A DNA stretch of 18,185 nt from Octopus sinensis (lineage: Eukaryota). Under the pieces are notes generated by a model. The model worked only from the letters and a program-made list of their open reading frames with translations, was not told where the DNA came from and did no database searches. The stretch is from contig NW_021824597.1 of assembly GCF_006345805.1 (NCBI RefSeq), positions 1 to 18,185 on the forward strand, in the 5' to 3' direction. Within the stretch, counting starts at the first letter, position 1. Each line of letters opens with the position of its first letter. The translations under genes were made by a program, and so were the position numbers. Positions 9,384 through 18,185 of the stretch are shown here, piece after piece.

Positions 9384-9880
9384 AATAAAACCATACTGAT
9401 CAATGAAAACGTAGTAATTCAATAGAAAGATAGCAACTTAACAGAATTTAATAGAATAATAAGAAGCCTAAAAATTTACGAGGAATAGAAGAATATTATA
9501 CGATGTAAAATGTATCTCAAGCAAACTGAATGTTACGATTTTATTGAAATGAATGTCTGTACTTGAATTGAAGAGTACCAACCAAACTAATGGAATAATG
9601 CCGACTTAAAGGAAGAATAGAAAATTTAGGGACGGAATTTAAACGCCAGAATTTGGTGGAAGAAGAGCACATACAAATGCAAACACACACACACACTCAC
9701 TCATACACACATATGCATTTATAGAGATGTACTTTATGTATACGACACACTGTACATCTTTCTGTCAATCTCTCTTTCTCTGTCCGTCTCTCTCCTTTTC
9801 TCTGTCAATGTATATATAAGTGCGTATATAATATGATACATATATATACAAAGTAATATATATCTTTATAAATGTATATT

Positions 9881-10200
9881 GGAAGCGCAATGGCCCAGTG
9901 GTTAGGGCAGCGGACTCGCGGTCGGAGGATCGCGGTTTCTATTCCCAGACCGGGCGTTGTGAGTGTTTATTGAGCGAAAACACCTAAAGCTCCACGAAGC
10001 TCCGGCGGAGGGTGGTGGCGACCCCTGTGGTACTCTTTCACCTCAAATTTCTCTCTCTCTTTCTTCCTCTTTCTTGAGTAACGCTGCGATGGACTGGCGT
10101 CCCGTCCAGCTGGGGGGAGCACATACGCCATAGAAACCAGGAAACCGAGCCCATGAGCATGACTAGGCTTGAATAGGGAGCATAAATAATAAAAATAAAA
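9881..10200 (+). mobile_element. Full-length tRNA(Arg-like)-derived SINE with A-rich tail and 13-bp TSD
   Basis: Head ggaagcgcaatggcccagtggttaggg, degenerate B-box ggtttctattccc, tail (AAAAT)-like. TSD ATAAATGTATATT at 9868-9880 and 10201-10213. Confidence 0.92.
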
Positions 10201-10546
10201 ATAAATGTATATTGTAATTATATGTAAATAAAATCCCAATGTCGCTATTCAGAAGAACATGGTTAGGAAACCTAGAATGAAATACTCAGGACTGAGTGTG
10301 AGAATTTGTATTATGATAATCGTGTCCAACGGAAAGGATTTTGTTTTACTTGGCGAAAAATCAGCGACGAAACAAAATGGCCTTCGTGCATTTAAATGGA
10401 GCTATAATTCCAGGCGAAACTAAAAACAAATAAATAAATAAGTAAAAAAAAAAAAGCAAAATTACTCGATATGCTCTTGTAGACGTCCTCCTTGCACGTA
10501 GTGTGTATCTTGTTGAAACACAGCCGAAGCACTTTGGTACTGAAAT

Positions 10547-10933
10547 GGATGGAAGCACTCCGTCGGTTACGACGACGAGGGTTCCGGTTGATCCGAATCA
10601 ACGGAACAGCCTGCTCGTGAAATTAACGTGTAAGTGGCTGAGCACTCCACAGACACGTGTACCCTTAACGTAATTCTCGGGGATATTCAGCGTGACACAG
10701 AGAGTGACAAGGCCGGCCCTTTGAAATACAGGTACAACAGAAACAGGAAGTAAGAGTGAGAGAAAGTTGTGGTGAAAGAGTACGGCAGGGATCACCACCA
10801 TCCCCGGCCGGAGCCTCGTGGAGCTTTTAGGTGTTTTCGCTCAATAAACACTCACAACGCCCGGTCTGGGAATCGAAACCGCGATCTTATGACCGCGAGT
10901 CCGCTGCCCTAACCACTGGGTCATTGCGCCTCC
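10547..10933 (-). mobile_element. Full-length chimeric SINE (head of the 9881 type, tail of the 5631 type) with 13-bp TSD
   Basis: 10739-10933 matches 9881-10074 in inverted orientation; 10557-10738 matches 5641-5821. TSD TTGGTACTGAAAT at 10534-10546 and 10934-10946. Confidence 0.92.
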
Positions 10934-11380
10934 TTGGTACTGAAATAACTACATACCGAATTCACACATGTACATGCAGAAATACACACATACAAACACA
11001 CAGCCATGAATATAAACCCACACAAATATACACAGCCATATATAAAAATACGTGGCACATCTGACAGACTGCTTCTGTACAGTTTCCGTCAACCATATAC
11101 AAAAACATACACATATAACACCGAAAATCTCTTACAGACTCAAGTAAATACATGAAATGATACAAGCATAGACACATGATATATATTCTCATTGAAATTA
11201 TGTACTTCTTTCCACGCATATAACCTCATAAGAATGTGTTAACTTTCAGACACTCTTGCACACTCACATGGATATCTATCCTATACACCTGGGTGAGAGG
11301 TTTCTTAATGGAAAATATAAAATATATAAAATTAAATACAAAGGATTGTGAATGTGTACACATGATATATATATATATAT

Positions 11381-11746
11381 ACAAATTGAGATAGGGGTTG
11401 TAAATGCAACCCTCCATGGGATAATATATATCCAATATACTGCTAGTGAAGTACCCAACAAAGTTAAAACATAAATGTTAATGATTGCGATGCAATCAAT
11501 TCATTTACTGTATTATATGGGCAAAGGTAAAATGATTTACCCCAAATTACTAATACAAGATAAGAAAATGGAGAAATACATCTAAATCAAATATCACTTA
11601 CCAGATAATACTCAATCACATACTTTATTAAACCACCACATAAGAGACTGTAGGGTTACATATAAAAAGCAGAACAACTCAGTGTACATAAAGGAATGTA
11701 CATAAAAAAGTGTACATAAAAAAGTAATGTCGTATAATAAGTAGAA
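11381..11746. mobile_element. Longer copy of the TA-embedded non-coding repeat seen at 8751-8961
   Basis: Flanked by TA runs. Its left part has several small hairpins (gggttg/caaccc, ggata/tatcc, gattgc/gcaatc). Its right part aligns with 8751-8943. Confidence 0.8.
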
Positions 11747-12248
11747 TATATATAAAAGAGAAATATAAAAATATAAAAATATAAGTATAGATTATATATA
11801 TATACATGTAGATAGATATATATATATAATACTTCGTATTTGGATTTGGTTTGCAAGATTCTTTATATGAGTTCGTGTGTTGAAGCATATTCGTTGCGTC
11901 TTGCAACCTTTTCAATAGTCTTGAAAATAAAAATAAGAAATAAGTGGAAATTGTTACCGGTGAGTGTGTTCAATTATGAGACAATAAAGAAAATGACTCT
12001 CCCCAGACACAAAAGTATATATAATACAATGTACTAAATATATTATAATATAGGTGGCCTGTTAGCAATTAAAGCCTAAAGGCAAATTAATAAACGAAGG
12101 TACAAAATATAACCAGCATTGCTAGAAATAAGGGTAAAAATGGACTCGAAGAGCAACAAAAGGCCCTAAGTCGATGAGTTGACGAAAGAGAGGAGCGAGA
12201 AAGCACCTTACCGTGGTGAGGCAAAGTCATAAATGAAGTAACAGATAT

Positions 12249-12306
12249 ATCCATCTCATGGGATTTCGGACGCTGGTTACTTTAATCTTCGTTCTCGTCA
12301 GTGGAT
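12249..12306 (-). ncRNA. Degenerate type-I hammerhead ribozyme-like motif
   Basis: Minus strand: AUCCA-CUGACGA-GAACG-aa-GAUUA-aag-UAACC-ag-CGUCC-GAAA-UCCCAUGAGA-UGGAU. Both core boxes and a 5-bp stem I are present. Three stem mismatches are all A.C, and the UH cleavage junction is damaged. Confidence 0.45.
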
Positions 12307-12534
12307 CTTATTGTGCTCAGGGTTAAAGTGTAACTCACCTCATGCAACTCAGGAGATGAAACGTAAAAGTATGCAGACAGACACACAGATAGACATTCAT
12401 ACACACATACATATACGCTCATCCATCGAGCCATCCATCTACCCATCCATCGAGCCATCCATACATATATAGGCACTTATATTCATTAACGTATATATAT
12501 TCATAAATATTGGTATATATACAAATGTGCGTTA

Positions 12535-12654
12535 CATTACACATTCACACACACACACGCACACACAAACGCACACACACAAACACACACACACTCACTC
12601 ACTCACTCACTCACTCTCACTTTCACACATACACATGCGCACGCACACACACAT

Positions 12655-12744
<90 letters not shown>

Positions 12745-12752
12745 TGATAGAT
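12535..12752. repeat. Compound (CA)n/(CACT)n followed by (GATA)n, about 22 units (12656-12752)
   Basis: Direct reading. Confidence 0.96.
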
Positions 12753-13476
12753 ATACATATATATAGAGAGAGATAATATGTAGGTGTACATGTATTTATA
12801 CATTCATATTATGTATGGCTCTGTATAGATATACATATATATTTATATATGCATAAATATATATGTGTATACACATACATAAATTACGTATGTGTGTGTG
12901 TGCATGTGTGCATAATTCATCCATCCATACACATACATACATACATTACATACATACAAACATACGCATGCAAATACACACAATTTCATAGACAACAAAT
13001 ACTTTTTTCTAACAATAAGTAGAGTCGGAAAATAACGTTGAAGGCAACGTCCATGAAACAAAAACGTACGGAAATCAAAATGCGAGGTTTACAAAAACGT
13101 AAAGATTAGGGGGTGGTTATACGAATGAATAGAAAGTTCAGATAACACACAAGGGTTTACATATTTTACTCGAAAAGAGGAAGAGACGAATACAAAAAGG
13201 GGACCAAACTATGCAAACACACAATAGCAACAAAAAAAAATTATAAGAATATTATGTGGAAATACAGAGAAAATACAAGAACATATGGAGAATGTATACA
13301 CATAGGCACATGCGTATATAGAAAAACAGAAAACGAGGTTTTCTCATTTATTTATCTAGTAATTCATGATCTATAGTATTCGTGATTGATGGCTGAGTAA
13401 ATGATAAAGCATTATATATATTTTTTGTACATGATCGTATTTTTTTTTGCTGTGCTTTACTAATTTCTTGATTATT

Positions 13477-13542
<66 letters not shown>

Positions 13543-13723
13543 TTGTATTATAATATATATATGTGTGTGGTGTGTGTGTGTGTATATAATATATATGTGT
13601 GTGTGTATACAGATACATACATATATGTATGCATATATATATATATGTATGTATACATATGCACATAATTATACGAATATATATATGTATGTATATATAT
13701 ATATTATATTATTTATATATATA

Positions 13724-13767
<44 letters not shown>

Positions 13768-13770
13768 GTA
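13477..13770. repeat. Compound (TA)n/(TG)n microsatellite
   Basis: Direct reading; source of the YI/CV/HT ORFs. Confidence 0.95.
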
Positions 13771-14090
13771 TACTATTATGAAGTTATATATTATTTTTCA
13801 CACACACAGTTACGTATGCATATAATACGTCTATATACACACACACACCGCACATGCACATACCTATATATACACAAATATTTGAATCAGTTTCATTTTT
13901 ATTTTTATTATCTTTTTCATTTAAATTATATATTCTAAAGAGGGATAAAATAAAATGAAATAAAATATTTTTTTTAAACATGTTAGAGGAGTGAAAAAAA
14001 TAATTTTAAAGAAAATCGAATGAATTCAAATATCAGAAACAAATCCTACAAAAAAAAAAAGAATATTATGATAATAGCCATATAAGAGAC

Positions 14091-14189
14091 GGTGGTGGAG
14101 GTGGTGATGGTGGTAGTGGTAGTAGTGGTGGTGGTGTTGGTGTTGGTGTTGGTGGTGGTGGTGGTGGTGGTGTTGGTGGTAATAATAAT
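14091..14189. repeat. (GGT)n/(GTA)n/(GGTGTT)n trinucleotide-type repeat ending in (AAT)n
   Basis: Direct reading; gives the poly-Thr stretch of ORF 14046..14408. Confidence 0.95.
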
Positions 14190-14519
14190 CAGCCGATATA
14201 TAGATGATTTAAAGTTGTTGTTAAAGAGAGAGAGAAAAAAGTAAAAAACAGAAGAGAAAAAAAAAATGATAGACTTCTGAATTTGTCGAGGACAAGAACT
14301 TTGAAGCTTCAGGAGAATCATGATACACAGCATGAAAGCCTCTTGCACCCAATTATACGTCACAGTGTCAACTAATTGCAGTCTTTTGTTAAGTTTAGGA
14401 GAGAACACAGCAAATGATTGAAAGTAAAGTTGGAAAACAAATCTAAAAAAAAAATTTAATGAAATTTATGTAGAAATGAGCGGACTTTCTATAGAAATTA
14501 TACTTGCAATGTCTATGAA

Positions 14520-14803
14520 ATATGTATACTCCAAATATATACGTATACATAGAGATACACACACATACACACACATACACACGCACACATACTGAGACAT
14601 ACCTATGTGCATGTGTGTGTATGTCTGTATGTGTATGTGTTTGTCTGTGTGCTTGCGTGTTCGTGAGTATGTGTATGTATATACATATTCATACATACAT
14701 GCATATACGTATATAATACATTCGTATCTACAGATGTACAAATATATACATATATAGGGATATACATACTTATACACACGCAACACACATATATATTATG
14801 TGT

Positions 14804-14888
<85 letters not shown>

Positions 14889-14964
14889 CATATATATATA
14901 TATTTGATTTATATATGTACATCTGTGTGTGTCTGTGTGAGTTTTCGTGAGCGTGAGTATGTGC

Positions 14965-15010
<46 letters not shown>

Positions 15011-15094
15011 GCATATTCATACGTAAGTATATATGTATATACATATATATACTTACTTATACACACATATGTGTATGTATATCTATCTATGTAT

Positions 15095-15162
<68 letters not shown>

Positions 15163-15450
15163 GTATGTATATTGTGTTTGTATACATAATTGTGTCTCAC
15201 TTCCACCTGGCAATTTCATTAAGTATATATAGCTGTATCACATTGATGTACATGTGTTTATATATACATGCACGCACGCGCACACACAAACACACACACA
15301 TGCACAAACATATATACACATATACATATACACACATGTACTTAAATATCTATGTATATATGCATGGATATGTGTGTATGTATGTATGTGATTATTATAT
15401 ACCTCTGTATATGCGTCAGTGTGCCTGCGTGTGTATATGTGTATATGTGT

Positions 15451-15489
<39 letters not shown>

Positions 15490-15495
15490 TGTGGT
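14520..15495. repeat. Extended (TA)n/(CA)n/(TG)n/(TATG)n microsatellite field
   Basis: Multiple long TA runs (about 14810-14900, 14965-15005, 15095-15150) with CA and TG blocks between them. Confidence 0.93.
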
Positions 15496-15672
15496 AGGGT
15501 CTGTATGTCTGTGCAGAGCATACAGTGGGATTTTAATTAAACGAACACCTAATACACATAATTCTTGCATGATTCTGGTTCGTGAATTCCGCTGTTGTCG
15601 GAAGCGTTGCTTGTAATTCTTCATGTCCACGTATAGTTACTTTCATGTATACACACTGACACATACACAAAA

Positions 15673-15714
<42 letters not shown>

Positions 15715-15910
15715 ACACAAACACATATATATATGTATATATTTATATGCATATATGTATGTATATATATGTATGGGTGTGTCTGTGTTTGCGTGATTGA
15801 TTACTTTTCTATTTTTCTATCCACATATCTACATCTGTCTTTCGATCGTACTTCTTTAATTTGCAGAATGTAAAACTTGGTGAACTTTAAAGATTCCTTA
15901 TATATATATA

Positions 15911-15984
<74 letters not shown>

Positions 15985-16055
15985 AGTGGACAGCGTGCTG
16001 TGACCAGCGGGGTCAAATGGACGCCCGACGGACTGGTCGTCGTGTCAAAGTGATC

Positions 16056-16104
<49 letters not shown>

Positions 16105-16230
16105 TCAGCAAAAACAATTAAGATTCAAGTGAATTCCAATGAATTCAAATGAATATGGTACTTAACTTAGATGCACCAGAATTCTTTATGGTATTAACCA
16201 TAAAATAACGTGGGTTATATATATATATGG

Positions 16231-16267
<37 letters not shown>

Positions 16268-16480
16268 CAAGTGCGTATTTATGGGGGTTTTGTGCTTCAT
16301 CACTTTCTGTACTTTCTGTATGGACTAAAAGAAGTTTGGTAATATACTAACTGTTTTATACCTACTTCCACACGCGTCTATATGTAAGGTTGTCCTCGTA
16401 TAAGAATGTTTATATATATTAACATACATACAAATACATACATATATATATTTATTTATATATATGTATGTTTTTATGTA

Positions 16481-16482
16481 TG

Positions 16483-16514
<32 letters not shown>

Positions 16515-16575
16515 TGTATGTATGTATGTATGTGTGGATGGATGGATGGATGGATGGATGGATGGAGTATGGATA
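16481..16575. repeat. (TATG)n followed by (GGAT)n tetranucleotide repeats
   Basis: Direct reading. Confidence 0.95.
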
Positions 16576-16658
16576 GATGGATACTTCAGGGGATAGAATA
16601 TTTATTACTACCATTTGTAACAAAACTCTAGTAGCCTTGCCTTCACAAATTTATACAG

Positions 16659-16708
<50 letters not shown>

Positions 16709-16905
16709 TATATATATACATGTGTGTATGTATATGTATATATACATGTATGTCTATGTATATATCTATGAATGAATGGATACCCACATGCATATATATC
16801 TATGAAAGTTTATGCTTGCAAGTATATACATAAATACACACACACACACATATATATATATATACATATATAAAACATTGATAGTTTTTGGCTAGTATAG
16901 GCCCA

Positions 16906-17259
16906 GAGGGGCGTGGCTTAGTGGTTAGGGTTTTGGCTCACATTCCTAAGGTCATGAGTTCAATTCCCAGTGATACATTGTGTTCCTGAGCAAGACACAT
17001 TATTTCACGTTGCTCCAGTCCACTCAGTTGGCAAAAATGAGTTGTACCTTTAATTAAAAAAAGCCAACTTTATCACACTCTGTGTCACGCTGAATCTCCC
17101 CGAGAACTACATTAAGGGTACACGTATTTGTGGAGTGCTCAGCTACTTGCATGTCAATTTCACGAGCAAGCTGTTCCGTTGATCGTATCAACGGAGTGCT
17201 CTTTATATATTTATATGTTCCGTTGATCGTATCGACGGAGTGCTCTTTATATATTTATA
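16906..17259 (+). mobile_element. Diverged SINE of the 5631-5958 family with a shortened, tandemly duplicated 3' end
   Basis: Head gaggggcgtggcttagtggttaggg, B-box gagttcaattccc, body aligns with the reverse complement of 5631-5958. 44-bp duplication at 17172-17215 and 17216-17259. Confidence 0.9.
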
Positions 17260-17274
17260 TGTGTGTGTGTGTAA

Positions 17275-17335
<61 letters not shown>

Positions 17336-17671
17336 GATTATATACATGTATATATGCTTACATGCATGCTTTCGTACATATATGCATAAATACATACATA
17401 CAAACACACACATGTATACATAGACAGACTGAGAGACAATGAGATAGACACATATGCTTGTGTTTTTTCAAAATTACATTTTTCGCTGTACAAATGCACA
17501 CTATTTTGAAGGAAGTAAAGAATCGGTATAATTTGCTTATCACGTCTTTCTGGAAGCGACGAACTTAAAATGAATGATAACAGCCGGATATGGGATCGTA
17601 TTCAATGAGTAAAATTGCCGAAAATCTCTACCTTCCTTCGCTTCCAATGTCTATGCCTAGTTAAGGTGTAC

Positions 17672-17672
<1 letters not shown>

Positions 17673-17716
<44 letters not shown>

Positions 17717-17863
17717 ATATTTATATATTTATATATATATATAATATATATATATTATATATAATTATATATATATAATATTATATATATATATATAGAT
17801 ATGTAGAATATATATATATATATTTATATATATATATATGTATGTATGTATGGAATGGATGTA

Positions 17864-17902
<39 letters not shown>

Positions 17903-18089
17903 TTATATATATATATATATATATGTGCCTCAAAATATTTCGAAGCGTTTATATATCAACATAAGTTGAACGAATCCGTGACATATCTTTGTATTTTGAT
18001 GTATTTAAAATTCGATATGATTTTCGTCTCTTTTTTGTCATTTAGTCTACAAACACACGCAAACTACAACAAATTCATATAAGTATATA

Positions 18090-18157
<68 letters not shown>

Positions 18158-18165
18158 CATGCATA
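17673..18165. repeat. Degenerate (TA)n fields (about 17673-17925 and 18085-18165) around a 155-bp complex island
   Basis: Direct reading. Confidence 0.93.
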
Positions 18166-18185
18166 TGCACATATGTATGTGCGTG

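Noticed and set aside
9881-9955. tRNA genes at the SINE heads (also 5890-5958, 10860-10933 and 16906-16975)
   Set aside because: A/B boxes are present, but the acceptor stem and cloverleaf are not intact. They continue into SINE bodies, and three of the four are bounded by TSDs.
5869-10801. ORFs 5869..6051, 6048..6389, 6146..6379, 8364..8576, 8958..9206, 9967..10239 and 10598..10801
   Set aside because: They overlap SINE bodies, and similar peptides recur wherever the same SINE occurs.
12603-17543. Many [12 protein letters not shown] ORFs
   Set aside because: All derive from (TA), (TG), (CA) and (GATA) repeats, which lack stops in some frames.

Overview
AT-rich, repeat-dense eukaryotic DNA with no confidently identifiable host protein-coding gene. 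The tRNA-derived SINE families and the heavy (TA)n/(CA)n/(GATA)n load look like an octopus (genus Octopus) intergenic or intronic region. That assignment comes from pattern recognition, not from a search. The window holds six SINE copies from several modular families, three with clean 12-13 bp target-site duplications (TSDs) and one with a 9-bp TSD. It also holds a 5'-truncated CR1/L2-like LINE 3' end, several short non-coding repeat fragments anchored in (TA)n tracts, three tandem repeats (138, 198 and 19 bp units), and a near-perfect 252-bp inverted repeat. The most notable signals are: (i) a minimal type-I hammerhead ribozyme with a complete catalytic core and palindromic stem III at 769-829 (-), plus a decayed second one at 12249-12306 (-), both upstream of TA tracts as expected for Penelope-like/retrozyme elements; (ii) a LINE and a SINE sharing a 3' end whose stem-loop shows compensatory base changes; (iii) a 251/252-identical foldback that would make long dsRNA. 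Nearly all ORFs in the supplied track are microsatellite or SINE artefacts.
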